Translations under genes and position numbers: made by a program | Source: an uncultured bacterium | GTDB lineage: Bacteria > DYJV01 | Direction of reading: 5' to 3' | NCBI GenBank assembly: GCA_964543655.1 | Contig: CAZIZE010000087.1 | Span: 1 to 45,828 of the forward strand | DNA length: 45,828 nt | Shown here: positions 9,603-20,090 of the stretch, piece by piece | Position numbering within the stretch: position 1 is the stretch's first letter | Layout: every line of letters starts with the position of its first letter | Notes under the pieces: generated by a model | What the model was told of the DNA's origin: nothing | The model's input: the letters and a program-made list of their open reading frames with translations, nothing else | Database searches by the model: none

Positions 9603-11822
9603 CTATCCTGTTGAAACAAATTTCCCTCTGTTAATAAAAAAATTTTTAAATCTATTTTTCAAACATGGAAAATTGTCAAGATTTAAATCAAAATTAATAA
9701 TTTCTTCTGCGTCATTTTTAGCATTAACAAGGATTTTATAATCCCTTATTATATCTGCAAATTGAAACTCCGCAACACCAGATTGCTTAACTCCAGAAAG
9801 CTCTCCACCACCTCTAATTTTCAAATCTGCTTCAGCTATTTCAAATCCATCATTGGTTTTTACCATAATGTTTAACCGCTCTGCTGCTTCCTTTGATAAT
9901 CTATTAGAGGAGATTAAGTAACAGAAAGATTGAAACTTGCCCCTTCCTATTCTACCTCTAAGTTGATGGAGCTGAGAAAGCCCAAATCTTTCACTATGCT
10001 CAATAACCATAACAGTTGCATTTGGCACATCTATTCCTACTTCTACAACAGTTGTTGAAACCAAAATATCAATCTCTCCTTTGGAAAATTTTTTCATAAC
10101 ACTATCTTTCTCCTGAGGTTTCATTTTACCATGCAGAATACCCAATTTATAGTTATTAAAATATTTATGTTTTAAAATTTCACTCATTTTTACTACACTT
10201 TTTAAATCAAGTTTATCTGAGTCCTCTACAAGAGGATAAATAAAATATACTTGCCTACCCTTTTCAAGCTCCTCTTTTATTTTCTCCATAAATATATCTC
10301 TTTGAGATTCTTTAAACCAAAAAGTTTTTATTGGCTTCCTACCAGAGGGTAGCTGATCAATAATGGATACATCAAGGTCACCATAAAGGGTCAAAGTTAA
10401 TGTTCTCGGTATTGGAGTGGCAGTCATAATAAGTGTATGGGTAAGATTACCTTTCTCTTTTAAAAACATCCTCTGTTTAACTCCAAACTTATGTTGTTCA
10501 TCAACTATATTTAATTTTAAATTTTTAAATTTAACATCTTCCTGAATTAACGCATGGGTGCCAACTATAAAATTTATTTCACCACTTTCTATCCCCTCCT
10601 TTATTGTAATTTTCTCTTTTTTACTGGTACTTCCAACTAAAAGCTCTACTTTTACTGGAAGATTAAAATTTTTTATATTGTTGTAATGCTGCTCTGCAAG
10701 AATCTCAGTAGGTGCCATAAACGCCACTTGCCCTCCATTTTCTATTATTAAAAGTGCAGAAATAATAGCAACTACTGTTTTACCACTTCCCACATCACCT
10801 TGAATTAATCTATTTAAAACTTTCCCCTGCTTTAAGTCATTAAATATCTCTCTGAGCACTTTTCTCTGTGCATCTGTGAGCTTAAAGTTTAAATTATCAA
10901 TAAAAGGTTTAATAATAGTACCTTTATAAGTAATGGGCTCTGTTTTTAATTTATCCTTTTTTGCTTTCTCTTTCGCAACTGCAAGCATTGTAAAAAAGAG
11001 CTCATCATAGATTAATCTTTTTTTTAAAGACTCCACCTTTTCAAGATTATCTTTATCTGGAAAGTGTAGATATTGGAAACATTTTAAAATTTCCAAAAAA
11101 TCTCTTTTTATTAAAATATGAGCTGGCAAATATTCATAGGTGAAAAATTTTAATTTTTTAAAAACATTTTTCATAATCTCAACTACAATATTATTTGAAA
11201 TATTGGAGATATTAGGATAAACAGGCTCTATAGATTTTAATAAATTTTTCTCCTCTTTAATCAATGGATGGATAATTTCACGCTGAAAATTAAAGATAGA
11301 TATTTTACCATAAACAATAAATTCTTTTTCAGAGATAAAAAATTTTTTCAAATGTGTTAAATTAAAATTAAACCACTTCAATAATATTGAAGATGTATCA
11401 TCATAAAACTCAGCTTCAAGAACCTTTCTTTTACCAAAATTCACCACTCTATATTTTCTAAATTTAAGTTTCAACACTGCAACTTCATTAATTATAGTCT
11501 GAGAAACTTTCAATATTTTAGAGTAATCTCTGTATGTTGAAGGGATGAATTTAAGTAGATCCTCAATTACATTTATTCCTCTACGTTTAAAAATTTCAGC
11601 TCTTCTGGGACCCACACCTTTTAAAAACTGAATATCCTGCATTAAAAATTTCACACAAGCCTGAAATTCTGTAAAATTTTCTTTTTGAATATAAGAAGAT
11701 ATTCGAAGAATTAACTCATTAATATTACCTTTTGATTCATTGGAAAATTTTTTAAAAATATTATTATCTGCAACTGAGGAAAGGTCATTCTGATTAATTA
11801 TCTTTTTTAATAGATTCTTCAT
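9603..11822 (-). CDS. recG: ATP-dependent DNA helicase RecG
   Basis: QGDVGSGKT, MAPTEILAEQH, DEQHKFG, MTATPIPRTL, QLHQLRGRIGRG, DGFEIAEADL. Confidence 0.97.
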   Translation of the reverse strand: MKNLLKKIINQNDLSSVADNNIFKKFSNESKGNINELILRISSYIQKENFTEFQACVKFLMQDIQFLKGVGPRRAEIFKRRGINVIEDLLKFIPSTYRDYSKILKVSQTIINEVAVLKLKFRKYRVVNFGKRKVLEAEFYDDTSSILLKWFNFNLTHLKKFFISEKEFIVYGKISIFNFQREIIHPLIKEEKNLLKSIEPVYPNISNISNNIVVEIMKNVFKKLKFFTYEYLPAHILIKRDFLEILKCFQYLHFPDKDNLEKVESLKKRLIYDELFFTMLAVAKEKAKKDKLKTEPITYKGTIIKPFIDNLNFKLTDAQRKVLREIFNDLKQGKVLNRLIQGDVGSGKTVVAIISALLIIENGGQVAFMAPTEILAEQHYNNIKNFNLPVKVELLVGSTSKKEKITIKEGIESGEINFIVGTHALIQEDVKFKNLKLNIVDEQHKFGVKQRMFLKEKGNLTHTLIMTATPIPRTLTLTLYGDLDVSIIDQLPSGRKPIKTFWFKESQRDIFMEKIKEELEKGRQVYFIYPLVEDSDKLDLKSVVKMSEILKHKYFNNYKLGILHGKMKPQEKDSVMKKFSKGEIDILVSTTVVEVGIDVPNATVMVIEHSERFGLSQLHQLRGRIGRGKFQSFCYLISSNRLSKEAAERLNIMVKTNDGFEIAEADLKIRGGGELSGVKQSGVAEFQFADIIRDYKILVNAKNDAEEIINFDLNLDNFPCLKNRFKNFFINRGKFVSTG

Positions 11823-12174
11823 GTTGAATTTTTAAAAATGAATTTACCAATCTATCCCTTTCAAGTTCATCAATTAAAATATAGTTAATAGCAAAACCTT
11901 CTTCAAGTAATCTAACTACTTTTGATACAAGATAAATGTCATCTTTGAAAATTGGGATAGTAAATTTAACAAGTAAAAAATCATCTTTTTTAATTTTATC
12001 CTTTAAAATATCTGTATAATAAACAAACATTCCATTTGCACTAATATCTTTTGTCTGAAGTAGTGTCCAGGTTTTATCAAGATAAAACTTATCACTTTCT
12101 TTATTATAGTAAATTTTTTTCAAATAGATTTTAAGCTTTAGCTCAAGTCTAAAAAAATGTCTACTCTGCGGCAT
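11794..12174 (-). CDS. PilZ-domain (c-di-GMP-binding) protein
   Basis: RHFFR (RxxxR) and DISANG (DxSxxG) motifs; next to stator genes. Confidence 0.85.
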   Translation of the reverse strand: MPQSRHFFRLELKLKIYLKKIYYNKESDKFYLDKTWTLLQTKDISANGMFVYYTDILKDKIKKDDFLLVKFTIPIFKDDIYLVSKVVRLLEEGFAINYILIDELERDRLVNSFLKIQHEESIKKDN

Positions 12175-12176
12175 TG

Positions 12177-12830
12177 CTACTCACCTTTTATAACTATTTC
12201 TATTCTCCTGTTTTTTGCTCTATTAGCTGGAATTGGTGGATAAAGTGGCTTGTATTGGGCATAACCACTTGCTTTGAATCTGTGAGGATCCATATACTCT
12301 TTGTTAATTAAATATCGTATAACACTACACGCTCTTGCACTGGAAAGCTCCCAGTTTGATGGATAAATTTTGCTTTTTATTGGAAGATCATCAGTGTGCC
12401 CGATAACTTCTATTTTCTTGTCAGTTGCTTTTAAAATAGGAGCAATAGATGATAAAAACTTTTTTATTTGAGGGGTTAATTTTGCACTTCCAGAATTAAA
12501 AAAAATATCACCTTTCCCTCTAATAATTATATTCTTTCCATTAGTTGCCACAACAATACTGTCATTTAACTTACTTTTGCTAATAACTCTATTTAACTCT
12601 CTTACCATTAATCCAAGGTCAAGAATCCCCTCACCTGAGCCACCATTTTCAGCAATTATACTTGTGCCACCAAATGTGTTGGAAAACATATTTGCAATTT
12701 TTTTAAACTTTCCTTTATTCACAGAAGATATAGCATAAAGCAGAATAAAAAAAACCAATATAAGAGTAATCAGATCACCATAGGTAACCAGCCATTCCTG
12801 GTCATCAGATGATTTTTTTTTATCTTTCAT
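12177..12830 (-). CDS. motB: Flagellar stator B subunit (MotB/MotS/PomB family)
   Basis: WLVTYGDLITLILVFFILLYA TM with the conserved Asp; OmpA-like GHTDD, SNWELSSARA, NRRIEI. Confidence 0.93.
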   Translation of the reverse strand: MKDKKKSSDDQEWLVTYGDLITLILVFFILLYAISSVNKGKFKKIANMFSNTFGGTSIIAENGGSGEGILDLGLMVRELNRVISKSKLNDSIVVATNGKNIIIRGKGDIFFNSGSAKLTPQIKKFLSSIAPILKATDKKIEVIGHTDDLPIKSKIYPSNWELSSARACSVIRYLINKEYMDPHRFKASGYAQYKPLYPPIPANRAKNRRIEIVIKGE

Positions 12831-13602
12831 TTTTTAACCTGCTCAACATTTCCTGCCTAAGATGTTTTGGCAGGAATGAATTTAATTTTTTCTCAATAAT
12901 TCTTGGATTAACTCCATCATAAATCATTAAAACACCTTCAAGTGCAATTTTACTTTCAATATATTCATTTTCTGAAATAGCAGCTAATTTTTCTGCTATT
13001 GGATTAAAAAGTAGGTTAGACAACATTGCTCCATAAAAAGTTGTAATCAAAGCAGTAGCCATTGCTGGACCTAATCCTGAAGGAGATGAAATACCAAGGC
13101 TTCTCAACATTGCAATTAACCCAATTAGTGTACCTATCATACCAAATGCAGGAGCTACTTTACCCATAAATCTAAAAAGAGCTTCTCCTCTCTCATGTCT
13201 ATCCATCTTATTTTGAATTTCAAGTTCAAGAATATCTTTTATAGATTCTTTGTTGTAACCATCAACAAGAAGTCGAACTCCTTGCTCTAAAATATCATTT
13301 TCAAAAGAATCTAATAACCCTTCAAGAGCAAGAAATGATTCACGTCTTGCTTTTACAGAGCATCTTAAAACATCAAGAATTATTACTGTTGCTGAATCAG
13401 CTTCTTTTAAAAAAGCTTTTCTAAATACTTTAAAAATTTTAAAAATTTGTGGTAAAGGATGTGCAATTAAAGTGGATGCAACAATACCACCAATTACAAT
13501 TATAATTGAATTAATATCAAAAAAAACCTTTACTCCGCCCTGATTATAAAGGGCAATTCCAAAAAGCACAAGACTTGCAAGAATGCCTACAATTGTTGCC
13601 AT
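12820..13602 (-). CDS. motA: Flagellar stator A subunit (MotA/MotP/PomA family)
   Basis: APAFGMIGTLIGLI, GPAMATALITTFYG, PIAEKL, GVNPRII. Confidence 0.93.
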   Translation of the reverse strand: MATIVGILASLVLFGIALYNQGGVKVFFDINSIIIVIGGIVASTLIAHPLPQIFKIFKVFRKAFLKEADSATVIILDVLRCSVKARRESFLALEGLLDSFENDILEQGVRLLVDGYNKESIKDILELEIQNKMDRHERGEALFRFMGKVAPAFGMIGTLIGLIAMLRSLGISSPSGLGPAMATALITTFYGAMLSNLLFNPIAEKLAAISENEYIESKIALEGVLMIYDGVNPRIIEKKLNSFLPKHLRQEMLSRLKNER

Positions 13603-14660
13603 GAGTCAATATTCTCCCTATTAATTATAATATCACCTGATATTTTATTGATAATATCTAATCTTTTATCAAGAATTCTAATGGTTACCCCTGGATAAAT
13701 AGTATTGCATCTTAAAAATGATTTTAAATTAGCAAGATTATGTTGAGGAAAATTTTTTATCTTTTTCTTAATCAACCGAGCTTTTTCTAATAGTTTTATA
13801 CTTTCTATAGCTTCTAAAAGCATATTCTTTTGTAAATCCTCTTTATCAAGATTTTTCATTACAAAGTCAATATAATCATTATCATTGATTAGAGTAATGT
13901 TAAATTTTCTTTCAAGAAATTCTCTATTTTTCTTTAAAGTCAATAAAATATTTTTTAGATTATTTTTCATTTGCTCAAGAAAAAATTTTAATTTAAAATT
14001 GTATCCAATAGACACAGAGGTTTTTATTATATTTTCTGAACCTAAAATTTTTGCATTAATTTTATCTTTTGCATAAATTTTACCACCAATAATTTCACCT
14101 TTATTTTTTATTTCAAGTGATGATGCTGTAAATAGTGTTGAATGTCTGATTAATTCTCCAACTAATATGTCTCCATAGCTTATAAACTTTGCACCTGTAA
14201 TGGACTTAACATAGGCATTTCCCCTAACAATAATATTTGCTTTTTCCTGACCGTACAGATTGCCCAAAATTATTATAGAGCCATTACATTTTATTATACA
14301 ATTCTCAACAGTTCCATCAATTTGAAGATTTCCATCTACTATTAATCTACTACCTGAGTAAACATCTCCCTTTATCCACAATGATGAAAAAAATTTTTTG
14401 GTTCCATGTTTAAAATCAAAATTACCATCTATTATTTCAAGAGAATCTATAAAGAATTTGTCTCCTATTACTCTTACATAGCCATCTTTTTCAGATATTA
14501 ATGCTAACTGTTTTTCATCTACAACTGTGCCCTTACCTGCTCTGCTTTTTAAAGATGCTAAATTATCACCTTTAAAAATAATTTCACCTTTACTAACCTT
14601 TTTAGTGTTATTAAAAGTTACTATTTTATCTTTTACAATTCCAAAAGTTTCAAAACTCAC
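13587..14660 (-). CDS. FapA/DUF342-family flagellar assembly protein (short form)
   Basis: Beta-helix-like repeats (GDVYSG..GNLQIDGTVE..GEIIGG) and C-terminal IYPGVTIRI; GTG start; adjacent to motA. Confidence 0.75.
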   Translation of the reverse strand: MSFETFGIVKDKIVTFNNTKKVSKGEIIFKGDNLASLKSRAGKGTVVDEKQLALISEKDGYVRVIGDKFFIDSLEIIDGNFDFKHGTKKFFSSLWIKGDVYSGSRLIVDGNLQIDGTVENCIIKCNGSIIILGNLYGQEKANIIVRGNAYVKSITGAKFISYGDILVGELIRHSTLFTASSLEIKNKGEIIGGKIYAKDKINAKILGSENIIKTSVSIGYNFKLKFFLEQMKNNLKNILLTLKKNREFLERKFNITLINDNDYIDFVMKNLDKEDLQKNMLLEAIESIKLLEKARLIKKKIKNFPQHNLANLKSFLRCNTIYPGVTIRILDKRLDIINKISGDIIINRENIDSWQQL

Positions 14661-14663
14661 TGT

Positions 14664-15752
14664 TTAATCTCCAAAAGTTAACCAATTTTTGCAAAATGGG
14701 CATTGAAAATAAAAATTCTCCACAATACTGCTACATTTTTTACATTTAAAAGAAAATTGCAGAATTTTTTTTACTTTTTTTAAAGCAATAATATCTTTTG
14801 TCTCAATTAATTCAACAATAAACAATAGATTTTTTAAAAAAATAACAGATTGATTTTCAATAATAAGAAATTTTAAAACCTCTTTTGCTTCTGAAATTTT
14901 CCCATTAATTATTAAATCTCTAACAGCCAAGCATTTAATTAAAAAATGCTCTCCTTTTAATTCATCTAATTTTGTTCCCAATCTATTAAGTTTTACTCTT
15001 AATTTCAATATTGTATAAGGATTAATTTCAATAGCTTTTAAATAAGCCTCTTTTGCTTTAATTAATTTTTTTTTTGAAAAAAAATAATCACCTAAAACCA
15101 CATAGGTAAAGTAATTTGCACCATATATTTTAAGAGATTTTTTTAAATAACTATATGCTTTAAAATAGTTACCTTTTTTAATAAACTCTTTACCAAGCTT
15201 TGTGTAAATTGATGAAAAGTTTATCAGGCTTTGCTTATCAAGCCTGGCAATATTCTTCTTATATAAATTTAATAAGTTTTCAAATTGATTCCCAAAAGAA
15301 AATATTTTAATTTTTTCATAAAGTATATTAATGTCCTTTTTATCTATCTTCTCACATTCCTGCAAAACATTTAATGCCCTTTGAAAAAAACCATACTTTC
15401 TAAAATCTCTTGACAGATTTAGCAAAGCAATTTTTTTAACTTCTTCATCAATGTTTTGCTGAGCTAAAACAGCCTTATGAATCCTGATACTTTTTTCAAC
15501 GTCCCCTCTTTTTCTAAATAGATTCCCAAGTGTAACATAGATTTCTGCATTTCTTGCATTAATCTCCGCAGCATTGATAAATTCTTTTAAAGCTTCATCT
15601 TCTCTGTTATTAAGTAAAAAATCTATTCCTTTTAAAAAATTTGCTGGTACTGAATATTTCCTTTTTTTCTGTCTGAATTTAACAGATAATCTTCCTGCAA
15701 TAAAGCTTATTAATGAAAAAAATATAATCAGAAGTACTTCATTGTTGTTCAT
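14664..15752 (-). CDS. lapB: LPS assembly protein B (TPR plus rubredoxin-like domain)
   Basis: N-terminal TM, FLKGIDFLL, TLGNLFRKRGD..IRIH, C-terminal CKKC..CPFC. Confidence 0.85.
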   Translation of the reverse strand: MNNNEVLLIIFFSLISFIAGRLSVKFRQKKRKYSVPANFLKGIDFLLNNREDEALKEFINAAEINARNAEIYVTLGNLFRKRGDVEKSIRIHKAVLAQQNIDEEVKKIALLNLSRDFRKYGFFQRALNVLQECEKIDKKDINILYEKIKIFSFGNQFENLLNLYKKNIARLDKQSLINFSSIYTKLGKEFIKKGNYFKAYSYLKKSLKIYGANYFTYVVLGDYFFSKKKLIKAKEAYLKAIEINPYTILKLRVKLNRLGTKLDELKGEHFLIKCLAVRDLIINGKISEAKEVLKFLIIENQSVIFLKNLLFIVELIETKDIIALKKVKKILQFSFKCKKCSSIVENFYFQCPFCKNWLTFGD

Positions 15753-16051
15753 TCTTTCTCTGTTTCTTCTGAAATATCTATCTTTTTTAATTCTTGAATC
15801 TCTTTTTCTAAGTTTTCAATTGTTTTATTTTTCTTTCTCAAAATTATAAAGTTTTTCATTTTTATTAAAGAGATTATTAAAATAAGAATTCCTATCCAGA
15901 AAATAAAAAAATAGTATAAAGGAAATTGAATATTCTTATAGGAATAAAATGTAAAATGCAATGTGGTTGTTAAAGTTGTTAAATTTTGAAGAGTAAAAAG
16001 GCTAACCAAAATGATTAATATAATGTAAAAAAGAGCTTTAATATATATCAT
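15749..16051 (-). CDS. lapA: LapA-family small membrane protein
   Basis: Two TM segments with FTLQN, basic coiled-coil tail; directly upstream of lapB. Confidence 0.7.
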   Translation of the reverse strand: MIYIKALFYIILIILVSLFTLQNLTTLTTTLHFTFYSYKNIQFPLYYFFIFWIGILILIISLIKMKNFIILRKKNKTIENLEKEIQELKKIDISEETEKE

Positions 16052-16539
16052 ATTTTTATTTCCTGAAAATGCTTTTTAAGATTAGCATATGTATCTTTTA
16101 AACTTTGTGGAACTACCCTTGTATCTGAAAAAACAGGCATAAAATTGGTATCTCCAATCCATCTTGGAACAATATGGTAGTGTAAATGCTCATCTATCCC
16201 AGCACCAGCAGCTTTACCAAGATTGAGCCCAACATTGAAACCATCAGGATTCATCTCTTTCTTTAAAATTGAAATAGAGAACCTCAAAAGTTTGTTAACA
16301 TCTAAAAGCTCATTGTCTCCAAGCTCTTCAAATTCACTAACATGCCTGTAAGGAACAACCATTAAATGACCACTATTGTATGGATAGCGATTCATTATTA
16401 CAAATGAAAACTTGCCTCTATAAAGAATAAGATTTTCTAAATCATTATTTTCACCTGGTTTTTTACAAAAAATACAACCTGTTTCTTTTTCACTTAAAAT
16501 ATAATCAATTCTCCATGGAGCCCACAATACTTTTTTCAT
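16048..16539 (-). CDS. HIT-family nucleotide hydrolase (Ap4A phosphorylase-like)
   Basis: LWAPWR, CIFC, NRYPYNSGHLMVVP, HLHYHIVPRW triad. Confidence 0.92.
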   Translation of the reverse strand: MKKVLWAPWRIDYILSEKETGCIFCKKPGENNDLENLILYRGKFSFVIMNRYPYNSGHLMVVPYRHVSEFEELGDNELLDVNKLLRFSISILKKEMNPDGFNVGLNLGKAAGAGIDEHLHYHIVPRWIGDTNFMPVFSDTRVVPQSLKDTYANLKKHFQEIKI

Positions 16540-16545
16540 AGGTTA

Positions 16546-16574
16546 ATATTATACAAAAAAAGCCTTATTGTCAA
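16546..16574 (-). promoter_or_regulatory. Sigma70-type promoter for the HIT-lapAB-mot-recG run, probably leaderless
   Basis: Minus strand TTGACA (16574-16569), 17 nt, TAATAT (16551-16546); ATG 6 nt further; no SD. Confidence 0.65.
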
Positions 16575-16617
16575 ATTATTATCCATTTTTATTGTAAACA
16601 ATAACTATAACTTTTTA

Positions 16618-16646
16618 TTGACAAAACTATACTTAAAAGTTATTAT
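16618..16646 (+). promoter_or_regulatory. Sigma70-type promoter for the sensor kinase pair
   Basis: TTGACA (16618-16623), 17 nt, TATTAT (16641-16646). Confidence 0.65.
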
Positions 16647-16670
16647 AATAATTAGTCAGGATGGTTTTTT

Positions 16671-19600
16671 ATGTCATTTAAAAAATTTTTTAAAAAAATT
16701 TTTATTACAACTCTATTAGTTCTAATTATTGGTATTGCAGGGATTTTACTTCTTAACAACAATAAATTACTACCCTATATAAATAACATTTCCCAAAAAA
16801 TAATCTATTCTAAATATAGTGCTATTTTAAAAGAACAGCACAATTCTATTAAAAACTTTATACAATTTAATGAAATTTTACTTTTAAAAAAATATAAAAA
16901 AAGATTAAAAGAAGAGGTTAATTTTGCCTACAATATTTCATATAATATTTTTGAAGAAAATATTAATAATCCGGAAGTTCAATACGCTAAAAATAAAATT
17001 ATTGCTATTTTAAGAACACTAAAATTTAATGAAGGAGGATATTTTTTTATATTTGATGTTAATGGAAATGTTGTTTTGAATCCTGCAAGGCCATTATTAG
17101 AAGGTAAAAATATTCTTAAGTTAAAAGACATTAATGGCAATTTTTATATAAAAAAAATTATCCGTTTAATATTGCTAAAAAGGAAGGGTTATTACGAATA
17201 CCTTGTAAAAGACCCTTTGAAAAAAAATAAAACTTACAGAAAAATTGCTTTTTTCAAATTATTCGAACCATACAACTGGATTATTGGTACCAGTGAAAAC
17301 TACTCAACTATTTTAAATATTGTTTTAAAAGATGTAATAGATAGAATTAAATTATTAAATTTCTCTCCTGAATATGGCTTTATTTTAAAGGATAATCACA
17401 ATATCTTAATAAAGAAAAATGCTCCTGATAAACTACAATTTCTTAATAATAAAACAGACTATACTGTTTTAAAAACCTTTCTCCCAGAATTGCAATGCAC
17501 TTTAATTAGTTTTTTTAATAAAACAAAGGTTTCAAATGAGATTTATACTCTAACAAATGAAATTTACAATCTTATAAAAATTTTAGCCACTATTTTTATA
17601 CTTATATTAATAGCCATTTTTTTAATCTTACTTATTCTCTTTAACAAATTTGGGAAAAATTTTGCCAATGATATAATAAGATTTTTTAAATTTTTCAAAA
17701 AATTTCCAATTGTTTATTCTAATATTAACTCTGAAAAACTAATTCTCAATGAATTTAAAGAGCTTGCAAATTATGCAAATAATATGGCAGACACCCTTAA
17801 AAATCTCTTTGAGGAAATGAAAAAAAGAGATGAATTTCTTGAAATTATAACAGAGAATTCAGGTATTGGCATTACTATTATTAATAGAGATAAAAAAATT
17901 GAATATTGCAACTCTGAATTTAGGACAATTATTAACTTTGAAAATGAAAATTTTAAAGAGGAATGTTTTAAATTATTTAAAATAAAAAATTGTAATGGTA
18001 GATGCGATATTGAAGATGAAAATTGCATAATATCAAATATTTTTATTCATAAAAAGCCATTTATTTCCCAGACTGACTCTATTATTACCTTTGATAATAG
18101 AGAAGTTCCTGTTTTTATTATTGCTAATCCTATTATTGAAAATAATATTGCCAAAAGAGTTATCTTGATTTTTAGAGATATTTCAAATGAGAGGGTAATT
18201 AGAAATGAACTTTTAAAATATAAAAGAGCAATTGAGCAGGCACCTATTTCCATTGTAATTACAGACACTAAAGGGACAATTGAGTTTGTTAATCCATTTT
18301 TCTGTAAAATAACAGGCTACTCTTTTGAAGAAGCTATTGGGAATAATCCTAAAATTTTAAAAACAAAGTATAATGAAAAATTTCATAAAGATTTATGGGA
18401 AACAATTCTTTCTGGCAATATATGGACTGGTGAATTTTTAAATAAAAAGAAAAATAAGCAATTATACTGGGAAAAAGCTGTTATAGCACCTATTTTTGAT
18501 GACCAGAACAAGATAATTAATTTTGTTGCAATTAAACAGGATGTTACTGAGCTGAAAAATTTACAGAAAAAATTATTAAAAGAGAAGCTTAAAGCTGAAA
18601 ATGCCAATAAAGTCAAATCTGAATTTTTAGCAAGTATGAGCCACGAGATTAGAACTCCAATGAATGCTATTATGGGTTTTATTGACCTGCTTTATGATAC
18701 TGAGCTTACTGAAAATCAGAAACATTATCTTGAAATAATTAAGTCATCATCTAAAAATTTACTTAAGATTTTAAATGATATCCTCAATTTATCCAAACTT
18801 GAAGCTGGCAAAATGGAATTTGAGTCAGTTAACTTTAACATTAAAGAGCTTGTTTCCAATTGCATTAACATCTTTTCAAAAAAAGCTGGTGAAAAAGGAT
18901 TGGCTCTTAGATACACTATAGATGATAATATCCCTCAATGGTTAAAAGGTGATATTACCAGAATTTCTCAAATTATAAATAATCTTTTAAGTAATGCTAT
19001 TAAATTTACAGAAAAAGGTGAAGTTGGAGTTAATGTTAAATTAAAATCAAAAGATAAAGATTTTGCTGAACTTCTCTTTACAGTTTATGATACTGGTAGT
19101 GGAATTCCTAAAGAAAAATTAAAATCAATTTTCGAAGCTTTTACACAGGCTGATTCTTCAATTACAAGACATTATGGTGGTACTGGTCTTGGGCTTACCA
19201 TAATTTCAAAAATAGTTCAGGCATACAATGGGAATATTTGGGCTGAAAGTGAAATAGGTAAAGGTTCAAAATTTCATTTTACTTTAAAATTAAATATTGG
19301 AGATGAAGAAACCACAGAAAAGAAAGAGTTAGAATCTGATCTAAATGTTAATTTCTATGGTAGCAAAGTTCTTGTTGCAGAAGATAACATTACAAATCAA
19401 ATTTTAATAAAAGAGATTTTAAAAAGATTCAATGTTGAATCAGATATGGTTGAAAATGGATTAGAAGCTCTTAAAAAACTTGCTTATAATGATTATAATT
19501 TAATTTTCTTTGACTGGCATATGCCAATAATGGATGGTGTCGAAGCAATTAAAATTTTAAGAAAAATTGAAAACAATGAAATGATTGATGATGAAAGAGT

Positions 19601-20090
19601 AGATGCTGAAATTTTGGATAAATTAAAAAATAAAAAGTTTACAGTTATTGCTTTAACTGCCGCTGTTATGAATGAAGAAAGGCAGGTTTTATCTGATGTT
19701 GGATTTGATGAATTTTTATCTAAACCTATTATCAAAGAGGAGTTATTGAAAGTTTTAAATAGATACCTTAAAGTTAGCAAGGAATCTTTTATTAAAGAGG
19801 ATATCTCTGCATTAAAAGAATTTATAGGAGATAACGAAGAATTAATGAATACATTACTCAACTCATTTAGAAAAACATTTAATGAAAATATCTTAAAAAT
19901 AGAAAAAGCATTGGAAGCAAAAGATACAGAGTCTATCAGGTTTGCTGCACATTCAATTAAAGGGACAGCTTACAATATTAAGCTTAATCTTATTGGAAAA
20001 ATCGCAGAAGAAATTGAAAACAGTATAAAAGAAAACAACTTTGAAAAAGTAAAAGCACTTGTTGAGAAAATTAAGAAGGTCTCTGTATGA
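16671..20090 (+). CDS. Hybrid sensor histidine kinase (TM-Cache-TM-PAS-PAS-HisKA-HATPase-REC-Hpt)
   Basis: Cache GYFFIFD..LEGKN..PYNWIIGT; PAS; SHEIRTPMN; NAIKFT, GGTGLGL; REC AEDN..FDWHMP; Hpt AHSIKG. Confidence 0.93.
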   Translation: MSFKKFFKKIFITTLLVLIIGIAGILLLNNNKLLPYINNISQKIIYSKYSAILKEQHNSIKNFIQFNEILLLKKYKKRLKEEVNFAYNISYNIFEENINNPEVQYAKNKIIAILRTLKFNEGGYFFIFDVNGNVVLNPARPLLEGKNILKLKDINGNFYIKKIIRLILLKRKGYYEYLVKDPLKKNKTYRKIAFFKLFEPYNWIIGTSENYSTILNIVLKDVIDRIKLLNFSPEYGFILKDNHNILIKKNAPDKLQFLNNKTDYTVLKTFLPELQCTLISFFNKTKVSNEIYTLTNEIYNLIKILATIFILILIAIFLILLILFNKFGKNFANDIIRFFKFFKKFPIVYSNINSEKLILNEFKELANYANNMADTLKNLFEEMKKRDEFLEIITENSGIGITIINRDKKIEYCNSEFRTIINFENENFKEECFKLFKIKNCNGRCDIEDENCIISNIFIHKKPFISQTDSIITFDNREVPVFIIANPIIENNIAKRVILIFRDISNERVIRNELLKYKRAIEQAPISIVITDTKGTIEFVNPFFCKITGYSFEEAIGNNPKILKTKYNEKFHKDLWETILSGNIWTGEFLNKKKNKQLYWEKAVIAPIFDDQNKIINFVAIKQDVTELKNLQKKLLKEKLKAENANKVKSEFLASMSHEIRTPMNAIMGFIDLLYDTELTENQKHYLEIIKSSSKNLLKILNDILNLSKLEAGKMEFESVNFNIKELVSNCINIFSKKAGEKGLALRYTIDDNIPQWLKGDITRISQIINNLLSNAIKFTEKGEVGVNVKLKSKDKDFAELLFTVYDTGSGIPKEKLKSIFEAFTQADSSITRHYGGTGLGLTIISKIVQAYNGNIWAESEIGKGSKFHFTLKLNIGDEETTEKKELESDLNVNFYGSKVLVAEDNITNQILIKEILKRFNVESDMVENGLEALKKLAYNDYNLIFFDWHMPIMDGVEAIKILRKIENNEMIDDERVDAEILDKLKNKKFTVIALTAAVMNEERQVLSDVGFDEFLSKPIIKEELLKVLNRYLKVSKESFIKEDISALKEFIGDNEELMNTLLNSFRKTFNENILKIEKALEAKDTESIRFAAHSIKGTAYNIKLNLIGKIAEEIENSIKENNFEKVKALVEKIKKVSV

